Position numbers and translations under genes: made by a program | Notes under the pieces: generated by a model | Seen by the model: only the letters and a program-made list of their open reading frames with translations | Database searches by the model: none | What the model was told of the DNA's origin: nothing | Source of the DNA: a candidate division WOR-3 bacterium | GTDB taxonomy: Bacteria > Hydrothermota > Tepidihabitantia > Tepidihabitantales > Tepidihabitantaceae | Length of the DNA: 43,292 nucleotides | Assembly (NCBI GenBank): GCA_965648905.1 | Contig: CBFGIT010000022.1 | Span: 1 to 43,292, forward strand | Direction: 5' to 3' | Shown here: piece by piece, positions 28,522-38,955 of the stretch | How positions within the stretch are numbered: position 1 is the first letter of the stretch | Layout of the letters: the number at the start of each line of letters is the position of its first letter

Positions 28522-28545
28522 CACCCGGGCACGGCAAAATAGACT
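28518..28545 (+). promoter_or_regulatory. clpC-bamA promoter
   Basis: TTGACA-16-TAGACT overlapping the upstream stop; GAGGA before ATG. Confidence 0.6.
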
Positions 28546-28557
28546 GTAGAGGAACAC

Positions 28558-30999
<2,442 letters not shown>

Positions 31000-31002
31000 C
31001 TT

Positions 31003-33240
31003 GTGACCCTGCTGCTCTTTCCCCTGCTGCTCGCTCAGGCCCCGGCACCGGACACGGCCCGGCTGGTTCTCCTCTCGGTCTCAGCCACAGCTCCCACCGC
31101 CGACACTGGCCTCATCGTCCGCACCGCCGGGCTGGTACGAGGTGAGCCGCTGACACCATCTGCCCTGCGCAACGAACTGCAGGATGCGCTCCGCCGGGTC
31201 TACGGGCTTGGGCTTTTCTCTCAGGTTCAGGTCGAAACGACCCGTGTGGCCGACGGCGTGCGCATCCATTTCATCGTCCAGGAGTTCCCGCGGCTCAAGT
31301 CAGTCGTCTACGAGGGATTTCGTCGCGTGCGCAAGAAGGACCTCGAGTCCCGCGTCAAGGCAAAGGAAGGCGAAATCCTCACCGACAAGAAAGTCTTCGA
31401 CTGGCAGTCTGAGATCCAGAAGCTCTACAAGGAGAAAGGTTTCCTGCTCGTCAAGATTGAGAACGAAAGAACCGCCCCCGACTCCGCGGGTCAGGTCGTG
31501 CTCACCTACCGGATTGACGAAGGCGACCCGGTCCGCATCCGCCGCATCGAGTTCTACGGCAATGAGCACTTCAGCGACCGGGAGATCGAAACTCGACTCG
31601 TCAACCGTGAGAAGGCCTGGTATCGCAAGGCCAAGCTCAAAGAAGACGAATTGGTCAAAGACCTCGACCGAGTCGTTGACTTCTACAAGCAGCGCGGATT
31701 TATCGACGCCCGGGTCCTGGACTACGACATGAAGTACGACCAAGGCTGGGCGAACATCACCATCGAGGTCGCCGAAGGCACCCGCTACTACTTCGGCACG
31801 GTCTCATTCCAGGGCGACTCGGTCTTCACCGAAGACCGGCTGCACAAGCTCGTGCGCTACAAGTCGGGCTCGGTCTACAACACCAGGCTGGCCCAAGCGA
31901 CCCTGACCGACATCTACGGACTTTACTCCGAAGAAGGTTACATCTATGCGTCGGTTGCCCCGGTCGAGAAAGTCCGGGCCGACACAGTCGACATCCAGTA
32001 CGAAATCGTTGAGGGCGAACCCGCGGCTGTGCGCTTGGTCATCATCGAAGGTAACGAGCAGACCCACGACAAGGTGATTCGCCGTGAAATCAGCTCCCTG
32101 CCGGGCTACACCTTCCGGCGCTCAGAAGTCATCCGCAGCCAGCGCGACATCTTCAACCTCGGGTTTTTTGAGGACATCAACATTGACTACCGCCGGACCG
32201 ATTCGGCTAACGCGATCGACCTGGTGTACAAAGTCAAGGAGAAGAGCTTCTTCGGCACCATCGGCGCCGGCGTCTCCTACTCGGCGGTCGACAAGGTGAC
32301 CGGCTACGTCGAGCTGCAGCAGCCCAACCTGTTCGGCCGGGGTCAGCGTGCCTCGGTCAAGCTGGAAAAGGGTGGAACCAAGACCAACGTCGAGCTCGGT
32401 TTCACCGAACCGTGGTTGTTCGACCGGCCGGTCTCAGCCGGGTTCGACGTCTCCTATCTGACCCGGGAATACGACTATTACTCGCGCCAGGAAGTCGGCG
32501 GCGGGCTCTCTTTCTCGCGGCCCCTGCCCCTTGACTACACTCGCGCCTATCTCTCGCTGCGCGTTCAGGACGCCTATGTTCCTCCCAAGTCAATCAAGTC
32601 CAGCTACAGTCCGTCCGGCCCATTCAACGTCTACCAGGACACAACCCACAAGACCGCGTTCGTTCCCGGCATCACGTTCACCCGCGACTCCCGTGACTAC
32701 ATCTACAACGCCATCTCCGGCTCGGCCACGACCTACAGCCTCGGCCTGTCTCTGGGCGACATCCGCTACCACCGCCACGTCATCGACGCGAGCCAGTACT
32801 TCCCCCTGTTCTGGAAATTCGGGCTGATGGCCCGCACCCGACTCGGCTACATCACCGGTTTCACCAACCGCGATACCGTGCCGATTGCCGAGCGATTCCA
32901 GCCCGGCGGCACTGGTCCGGACGGCGTGCGCGGCTACGGCGACCGCACCCTGGGCCCACGCGACGGCGGCTACAACATCGGCGGCCGAGCCGAGGCCATC
33001 TACTCGCTTGAGTACAAACTCAGGCTCTCGCGCCAGCTTTCAGTCATTCTCTTCGGCGATGCCGGCAACACCTGGAACTCGCTCGACCAGTTCAGCTTCT
33101 CAGACCTGAAGCGCGGGGCCGGGGCCGGGGTTCGGCTGGAAATCCCGATGCTCGGACTGATTGGCTTCGATTTCGGCTACGGATTCGACAAAGACCGTCC
33201 GGGCTGGGAACCCCACTTCCAGCTCGGCCGGACGTTCTAG
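31003..33240 (+). CDS. bamA: outer membrane protein assembly factor BamA
   Basis: POTRA repeats (GNEQTHDKVIRRE), NLFGRGQ, FTEPWLFD, VRGY, C-terminal Phe. Confidence 0.93.
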   Translation: MTLLLFPLLLAQAPAPDTARLVLLSVSATAPTADTGLIVRTAGLVRGEPLTPSALRNELQDALRRVYGLGLFSQVQVETTRVADGVRIHFIVQEFPRLKSVVYEGFRRVRKKDLESRVKAKEGEILTDKKVFDWQSEIQKLYKEKGFLLVKIENERTAPDSAGQVVLTYRIDEGDPVRIRRIEFYGNEHFSDREIETRLVNREKAWYRKAKLKEDELVKDLDRVVDFYKQRGFIDARVLDYDMKYDQGWANITIEVAEGTRYYFGTVSFQGDSVFTEDRLHKLVRYKSGSVYNTRLAQATLTDIYGLYSEEGYIYASVAPVEKVRADTVDIQYEIVEGEPAAVRLVIIEGNEQTHDKVIRREISSLPGYTFRRSEVIRSQRDIFNLGFFEDINIDYRRTDSANAIDLVYKVKEKSFFGTIGAGVSYSAVDKVTGYVELQQPNLFGRGQRASVKLEKGGTKTNVELGFTEPWLFDRPVSAGFDVSYLTREYDYYSRQEVGGGLSFSRPLPLDYTRAYLSLRVQDAYVPPKSIKSSYSPSGPFNVYQDTTHKTAFVPGITFTRDSRDYIYNAISGSATTYSLGLSLGDIRYHRHVIDASQYFPLFWKFGLMARTRLGYITGFTNRDTVPIAERFQPGGTGPDGVRGYGDRTLGPRDGGYNIGGRAEAIYSLEYKLRLSRQLSVILFGDAGNTWNSLDQFSFSDLKRGAGAGVRLEIPMLGLIGFDFGYGFDKDRPGWEPHFQLGRTF

Positions 33241-33863
33241 GCTCCGACCTTCCTTTCGCGCACCAGGTAGATCATCGGCAGCGAGACGAACGTCGTCAAT
33301 CCCTTGGCAACGACGTTGGCCCAGAAGATGCTTACGACCACGAGCAGGGGCATTCGGCCGACGAATGCCAGGCCGCAGAACAACGCCGAATCGAGCGGCA
33401 CGCTGACCGAGTTCGACGTAAGCACGCGCATCCATTGGAGCTTCTGCCCGAACCGGTTGACCCAGGCCTGATACACCTCGCCGTCAACCAGCTCGGAAAC
33501 GACCTCGGCAACAATCGAGGCGATGACAATCCGCCACACCGGCGCGAGCACCATGCCGAACTCAGCCTGAACTCCTACCTGCCGGTCCGGCGGCAGCCGG
33601 GCCACCAGCCAGAACAACGCGGCCATTACCAGATTGATGACCGCGGCCGCGACAATCAGTGCCCGCGCCGTCTTCTTCCCGCCGACCTTGTGCACCAGGT
33701 CACGAAGAGTGAACGTGAACGGGTAAACCAGAGTCCCGGCGTCAACGCTGAAACCGACCAGGTACACAATCCGCAGACTCGCCACGTCCGAGAGCATCTG
33801 AGCCGCGATATAGGCCGCGCTGACCAGGGCCAGAGCAACCATGGGACGGTCGGAATCAGCCAC
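33237..33863 (-). CDS. queuosine precursor transporter (YhhQ/VUT family)
   Basis: AGTLVYPFTF.LRDLVH, RIVIASIVA, R...SN.VS..LDS; GTG start 5 nt after the -10. Confidence 0.85.
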   Translation of the reverse strand: MADSDRPMVALALVSAAYIAAQMLSDVASLRIVYLVGFSVDAGTLVYPFTFTLRDLVHKVGGKKTARALIVAAAVINLVMAALFWLVARLPPDRQVGVQAEFGMVLAPVWRIVIASIVAEVVSELVDGEVYQAWVNRFGQKLQWMRVLTSNSVSVPLDSALFCGLAFVGRMPLLVVVSIFWANVVAKGLTTFVSLPMIYLVRERKVGA

Positions 33864-33868
33864 AGCCG

Positions 33869-33943
33869 ACAATAGGCCGCTATTCAGACTTGTCAATCGC
33901 GGCGTGCGCCGGCTTTGACCCGGGCACGATTCCGGGATATAAT
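33869..33943. promoter_or_regulatory. divergent promoters
   Basis: -: TTGACA(33896-33891)-16-TATTGT; +: TTGACC(33915)-17-TATAAT(33938-33943). Confidence 0.7.
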
Positions 33944-33957
33944 TATTCGGGGTGTAT

Positions 33958-34131
33958 ATGAGGGAAAAAACCAGACATCATGATTCCGACCTGCGGCGCG
34001 AAGAGCGTCGCCGGGCCCGACGCAAGAGCATCGGCTCGAATATCATCGACTCATTCCTGAGCAATCCTCCCTGGCTGCCGCGCGTCGTCCAACCGGATAC
34101 GCTCAATGCTGTCACGCTCGAACAATCCTGA
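33958..34131 (+). CDS. small basic hypothetical protein (57 aa), below the ORF-track cutoff
   Basis: MREKTRHHDSDLRREERRRARRKSIGSNIIDSFLSNPPWLPRVVQPDTLNAVTLEQS; near-consensus promoter, GGGGTG SD-like, fills the intergenic gap. Confidence 0.6.
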   Translation: MREKTRHHDSDLRREERRRARRKSIGSNIIDSFLSNPPWLPRVVQPDTLNAVTLEQS

Positions 34132-34145
34132 CCGCGCGCTTAGGC

Positions 34146-34571
34146 CTACGGCTCGGCTACGATGACCCGTTTGGGGCTGGACCAGTCCGAGAACAGAGGA
34201 ACCAGGTCATGACAGCGCCCGCGCACGTAGAACGTATCCGCTGACTGATAGCGGTGCCGGAACGTGACGGTCTGTCCGGACCGCACAAACTCGCCGTAGT
34301 CGCTCGTATCGCCGTCGCCCCACGCCAGATAGACTCGCAGCTCGCCGCCGTCCGGGTCATAGACCGTCACGTCGAATCCAACTTCAGCACCCAGCAACAC
34401 CATCTCCGGTCCGCTCAGCACGGGCGCGAACGGCCGCGAGTTACCGGTCTCGGGCTCAACCGTGCAGGTCAGAGCCAACAGCGCAAATCCAGACCACAGC
34501 CACCCCGCCGTGCTCAGCCTGACCCGACTTCCTGACCTCAACCCCTGCCCGCAGTCTAGTCGCCGTCCCAT
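34146..34571 (-). CDS. PKD-domain putative lipoprotein (start uncertain)
   Basis: LLALTC, DPDGG...WGDG...H.Y...SDWS. Confidence 0.72.
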   Translation of the reverse strand: MGRRLDCGQGLRSGSRVRLSTAGWLWSGFALLALTCTVEPETGNSRPFAPVLSGPEMVLLGAEVGFDVTVYDPDGGELRVYLAWGDGDTSDYGEFVRSGQTVTFRHRYQSADTFYVRGRCHDLVPLFSDWSSPKRVIVAEP

Positions 34572-35974
34572 TCCGGGTGTCGAATCAGACGCAGTCCCCG
34601 GACTCGTTGAAACCACGAACGCACCGGTATCGTTCCCCGATTCAAGTCCGGCCCGTAGGTCGTTACCAGCGCGTAGTAGCCCTCGGGCGTGTGGACCGCC
34701 ACATGGGCGATGAACGAGCTGACGTCAACCACCCGTTGGTAATAGAGTGAATCGAACTCGGGCAGCGGCTCCTGCGGACTGCCGAAAATCCCGACCATTC
34801 TGGTCTCGCGCCACCGACCCGGCAGAACCACTCCACCCGGGTCGTCTGGTCCAAGACTCGGGCTCGCCAGATAGTAGCTCGGGCCCAGATAGCCGGGCGC
34901 GAGGTCGGTCAGATACAGATCAATCAACCCGGCCTGACTGGTGTCGCGCATCGAGCCCGGTCGGCCGCGCCCGGCCACACTGTCCCACCCATATCCGGCC
35001 ATCTGCTCAAGATTTAGCTCAACCAGAACAACCGTGTCGGTGAACACCGGAATCGTGCTCAGCGTATCTGGCCCGAACAGCTCCTCTGTTCCGTATGACG
35101 CAGAAACGGTGTAGTCTCCGGTCTCGCCGGCCGGGTCATGAACCGACTGGCTGGCGTTGGCTGTTCCGACTACGGAGAAGTCTCGGCTCCACTGAGGCCG
35201 AAACCAGATTCGATACTGGGTCGAATCCGGGTTTCGGCCGCGATCCCAGCTCAGTCGGACCATCACCCCGGCCGAAGCACTCAGCCGCAGCCGACGCGGC
35301 GGCGCCAGAGGACGGCGAACAACCACCAGGCTCTCGGACTCAGACCAAGGCGAGAGATTGCCGCTCCGGTCTCGTGCCCGGACTCTCACCAGATAACTGC
35401 CCAACCGCGAAAAGACGTGACTTCCGAGCATCTCTGCGCCCGGGGCGGCAAAGTCGCTCCAGTCACCAAGCGTATCTCCCCAGTCAAACTGTACGCTCAC
35501 CGATTCGCCCCGCACATGTCCGGCCCGGGTAACAAAGGCGACCGCAGTGTCAGGATACGCCTGTCGTGGCCCCTGGGGCCGCTCAGGTATCAACGGCCCA
35601 AAGCACCTGATTTCGACCACGACTCCGTCAGACCAGCCTGACTCCTGATGCTCCAGATTTCTGGCTCGAACTCTGACTTCGAAGCGTCCGGTGTCAGAGT
35701 ACACGTGCTGTTGACGCATTGTGTCCTTGGCCGCCAATACCGGGCCCCACATCATCAGCGAGCCGTCGCCCCAGTCGAACATGTACGACACCTCCTCGCG
35801 ACCCCGGTCCGAGACAACAGCGGCGAACACCAGCGTATCGCCCGGCTGCCCTGACTCTGGCCCGCTCACCGTCGGTGCGGTCGGAGCATCGTGCTGTGCG
35901 CAGGTTGCGGCCAGAAAGAGCGATATGGCCACAACGCCGGGCCAGTACCACAGCCGGGAACCGAAGGGATTCAT
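34556..35974 (-). CDS. lipoprotein with two PKD-like domains, an FN3-like segment and an unknown C-terminal domain
   Basis: LAATC, FDWGDG / FDWGDT, SGWS / SPWS; promoter TTGACC(36015)-17-TAGAGT. Confidence 0.8.
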   Translation of the reverse strand: MNPFGSRLWYWPGVVAISLFLAATCAQHDAPTAPTVSGPESGQPGDTLVFAAVVSDRGREEVSYMFDWGDGSLMMWGPVLAAKDTMRQQHVYSDTGRFEVRVRARNLEHQESGWSDGVVVEIRCFGPLIPERPQGPRQAYPDTAVAFVTRAGHVRGESVSVQFDWGDTLGDWSDFAAPGAEMLGSHVFSRLGSYLVRVRARDRSGNLSPWSESESLVVVRRPLAPPRRLRLSASAGVMVRLSWDRGRNPDSTQYRIWFRPQWSRDFSVVGTANASQSVHDPAGETGDYTVSASYGTEELFGPDTLSTIPVFTDTVVLVELNLEQMAGYGWDSVAGRGRPGSMRDTSQAGLIDLYLTDLAPGYLGPSYYLASPSLGPDDPGGVVLPGRWRETRMVGIFGSPQEPLPEFDSLYYQRVVDVSSFIAHVAVHTPEGYYALVTTYGPDLNRGTIPVRSWFQRVRGLRLIRHPEWDGD

Positions 35975-36086
35975 GCTACCACCGTAACTCTAACGCTGCT
36001 CAGCCGCGTGGTCAAGCCGCAGCTCATGCCCTCGGTGCGACCGTGACGAACAAACAACCTGAGGCAACGGTTCGGTCTCGGGTAGA

Positions 36087-36539
36087 TTATTTCTGAGGCA
36101 ACGCGCCGAGGGTCCGCTGGCGTTCTGGGCGACGGATAATCAGGTAGAGTATTGCGCCGACCACGTAGGTGAACCCGACGACAAGTCCCCAGAGCAAACG
36201 CTGGTTGTCCTTGTCCGTGTCCCTGGTCAGCAGGTCAATCAGGGTCCAGACCCAGAGCGCGAACATGCTCAGACCCAAGACCCAGCCGAACGGCCCGCCC
36301 ACACCCCAATGACAGTGCACCGGCCAACCGCACATGACCGGCGCACAGGCCGTGACCAGCACCAGGATGAGCAGCGCTGCAAGTATTGACCACCTCGCAC
36401 GGCAAGCGTGCAGAGTGAGCCTCGCAGGAAAGAACCGGCCGCCGGTCGCTTTCGCGCGGAGGTTGTCGGGTCCTTCTCGGTCATTGTCTGCTGGGATTCG
36501 GTCGTGCTCCATCATTCCGCGACCTGCCCTCTGCATCAT
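36087..36539 (-). CDS. PLDc_N-domain small membrane protein (true start may be further downstream)
   Basis: LWVWTLIDLLTR...RLLWGLVV...GAILYL. Confidence 0.7.
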   Translation of the reverse strand: MMQRAGRGMMEHDRIPADNDREGPDNLRAKATGGRFFPARLTLHACRARWSILAALLILVLVTACAPVMCGWPVHCHWGVGGPFGWVLGLSMFALWVWTLIDLLTRDTDKDNQRLLWGLVVGFTYVVGAILYLIIRRPERQRTLGALPQK

Positions 36540-36606
36540 GGCTCCTGACTACTTACAGGTTCTGCCTGCTGTGGTTCAGTCTCGGACTCAGGACCAGCGC
36601 CGTTTG

Positions 36607-36635
36607 TTGACACCGGACTTGGTACGGTGCATACT
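36607..36635 (+). promoter_or_regulatory. TA operon promoter with a short palindrome (possible operator)
   Basis: TTGACA-17-CATACT; CACCG-N9-CGGTG at 36611-36629. Confidence 0.6.
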
Positions 36636-36649
36636 CTCATCGAGGAACC

Positions 36650-36868
36650 ATGAAAGCCTATGAGCTGCCCGTCCGCCTGACGCCCGAAGGAAACCTCGAA
36701 CTGCCGGATGCCGTTCGGAACCTGCTGCCCGCCGGCAGGCCGGCACGCATCATTGTGCTGATACCAGACCCGGATGACGCGGGCGAACAACGAGCTTGGG
36801 AGGACATGACCCGAGAGCAATTCCTGGCAGGCTACGTCGCAGCCGACGCCGTCTACGACCGGCCTTGA
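36650..36868 (+). CDS. putative antitoxin
   Basis: 72 aa directly upstream of the toxin; beta-rich N-terminus (TPEGNLELP), acidic C-terminus QFLAGY...DAVYD. Confidence 0.72.
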   Translation: MKAYELPVRLTPEGNLELPDAVRNLLPAGRPARIIVLIPDPDDAGEQRAWEDMTREQFLAGYVAADAVYDRP

Positions 36869-36871
36869 ACA

Positions 36872-37201
36872 ATGGCCGCTTTCTCCGCCGGCGATGTCGT
36901 CCTGCTGAGGTTTCCGTTCTCCGATACGGTCGGGATGAAGCGACGGCCGGCCCTCGTCTTGCTCGACCCCAACGATGACGACATCGTGGTCGCCCGTGTC
37001 ACGGGTCAGCTTTCGTCCGGAGTTCATGACGTGCAATTGGAAGAATGGCAGCAGGCCGGGTTACTTGTACCTTCGGTCGTCAGACTCGACAAGGTCGCAA
37101 CCCTGCGTCGGGACATCATCGAGCAGCGGTTGGGTCGCCTGGCCGCCGGAGACTGGCTGCGCGTCTGCCAGGCACTGCGTCAAGCCTGTCCCACTCGCTA
37201 G
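36872..37201 (+). CDS. PemK/MazF-family toxin
   Basis: GDVVLLRFPFSD...KRRPALVL...AGL..PSVVRLDKVATL...LGRL. Confidence 0.9.
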   Translation: MAAFSAGDVVLLRFPFSDTVGMKRRPALVLLDPNDDDIVVARVTGQLSSGVHDVQLEEWQQAGLLVPSVVRLDKVATLRRDIIEQRLGRLAAGDWLRVCQALRQACPTR

Positions 37202-37323
37202 TTTCCTCAGTCCTCGCCGCGTACCGAACGCCGGCTTCGACCTCCAACAGGTCATGTAGCCCGGCTCTCATCCTTCGCTCTCCATCATCCTGCACTCTGA
37301 CCTGAGCATCCCGGGCGCTGCGT

Positions 37324-37584
37324 TCACTTCCCGACCTTCCTGATACGGTCTCGGCGCCTGACAAAGATGTAGATTACCGCCCCAAGCCAGTGGGTGAAGA
37401 TGATGACCAGGGTCCAGACGAGACGCATGTTGTCCTCGTCGGTCTCGCGGGTAAGAACCTCAACGAGCATCCATATCCAGAGCACGACTGCGGCTGTGCC
37501 GAGCGTGACCGAGACGACGATGGCCATCAGCCAGAACCAGCCCAGCGAGCCGACCAGAAGCAACGCAGGTATTCGTTCCATCAC
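37324..37584 (-). CDS. PLDc_N-domain small membrane protein
   Basis: LWIWMLVEVLTRE...RLVWTLVIIF...GAVIYIF. Confidence 0.8.
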   Translation of the reverse strand: MMERIPALLLVGSLGWFWLMAIVVSVTLGTAAVVLWIWMLVEVLTRETDEDNMRLVWTLVIIFTHWLGAVIYIFVRRRDRIRKVGK

Positions 37585-37941
37585 TATCTACAGACGCGAG
37601 CATCGCGCAAGATGTTGCGCCGGGCAAGTGGCGACCTGTGCCTTCGGCGTCCCCGATCTTCTCGCTGTCTCACCTTTCCTTCCTCGGCCTGTCCGCGGCG
37701 ATGGAATGACGGCCGTCAACTCCCAGGCCCGGTGCTGCGCGTGAGAGTCGGTGCTCATCTGGCCCTTGAGCGTGTGCAGACCGCTGACGCAACACGCAAG
37801 AACTTCTTTGCTGCCTGCATGATGGCCTGATTGTAGTCCTGCACGATGAGCAGTCAAGCCTCGGAGGAGACGAGAACCCAGCGGGCAGCGGAGTGAGCTG
37901 ACGGACGACGCTTCAACTCCGGAGCTCCTGGAACCGACATT

Positions 37942-38037
37942 GATTCAACCACGGCGGCAGCAGAGAATGCGGAGCTGGCGGGGTTGAAGAATCCGAGCCG
38001 TATCCTCGGTGTTCTCGGTGGCCTTGGTGGTTCAATC
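37942..38037. repeat. imperfect inverted repeat built from 9-mers
   Basis: GATTCAACCAC...GTGGTTCAATC ends (1 mismatch); ctcggtgtt ctcggtggc cttggtggt. Confidence 0.6.
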
Positions 38038-38061
38038 CTGGATTCCGGAAACCACGGCAAC

Positions 38062-38089
38062 TTGACTCCGGCCCAAGCCTATTTACAAT
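38062..38089 (+). promoter_or_regulatory. promoter of the MBL-CoA operon
   Basis: TTGACT-16-TACAAT, 8 nt before ATG 38098. Confidence 0.7.
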
Positions 38090-38097
38090 TGGGCCGC

Positions 38098-38934
38098 ATG
38101 CGAATGGGCGATTTCGAGCTGTACAGCCTGTCCGACGGGTTCTTCGGGCTTGACGGCGGCGCGATGTTCGGGGTTGTGCCGAGACCGCTCTGGGAAAAAA
38201 CCAACCCGCCTGATGACCGGAACCGCATCCGTCTGGCCCTGCGTCCGCTGCTGATTCTTGCCGGCCCGAACCGGGTGCTGGTCGACACCGGCATCGGCGA
38301 CAAGTGGGACTCGAAGGGCCGCGACATCTACCGCATCGAGAAGACCGACACTCTCGATGCCTCGCTGGCCCGACTGAAGCTGACGCCTGACGACATCACT
38401 CACGTTGTCCTCACCCACCTTCACTTTGACCATGCCGGCGGCGCAACCCGGCTCGACCCGGCGCAGAACCCGGTCCCTTCGTTTCCCAATGCCCGCTATC
38501 TGGTCCAGCGCACCGAGTGGGAAGACGCAACCCGGCCCAACCGCCGTTCCCGGGCCGCCTACCTGCCGGAGAACTTCCTGCCGCTTGAGCAGGCCGGACT
38601 GCTCGAACTGGTCAACGGCACGACCGAGTTCCTGCCCGGCATCGAACTGCTCCACGTCGGCGGCCACACCCGCGGGCTCCAGCTCGTGCGCGTCGTCTCG
38701 GCCGGCGCGACCGCGGTCTTTTGGTCGGACCTGATTCCAACCGCCTCTCATGTTGCCACGCCCTATGTTATGGGGTATGATTTCTATCCGCTTGTCACAA
38801 TGGAAAACAAAGAACGGCTGGTCAGCGAAGCCGGTGCCAGACACTGGCTCTGCTTTCTCGAACACGACCCGCAGGCAGTCGCCGGGTACCTGGTCCAGGC
38901 CGGCGACCGGTTCCGGTTTGAGCCCGCTGAGTAG
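38098..38934 (+). CDS. MBL-fold metallo-hydrolase (YtnP-like)
   Basis: LDGGAMFGVVP, DTGIG, THLHFDHAGG, GGHT, HDP. Confidence 0.92.
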   Translation: MRMGDFELYSLSDGFFGLDGGAMFGVVPRPLWEKTNPPDDRNRIRLALRPLLILAGPNRVLVDTGIGDKWDSKGRDIYRIEKTDTLDASLARLKLTPDDITHVVLTHLHFDHAGGATRLDPAQNPVPSFPNARYLVQRTEWEDATRPNRRSRAAYLPENFLPLEQAGLLELVNGTTEFLPGIELLHVGGHTRGLQLVRVVSAGATAVFWSDLIPTASHVATPYVMGYDFYPLVTMENKERLVSEAGARHWLCFLEHDPQAVAGYLVQAGDRFRFEPAE

Positions 38935-38955
38935 AAGAGTTCATCGGAGGAGCAA

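Noticed and set aside
33864..33960. preQ1 riboswitch upstream of the queuosine-precursor transporter
   Set aside because: the promoter is 5 nt from the start codon, leaving no leader; no preQ1 motif seen
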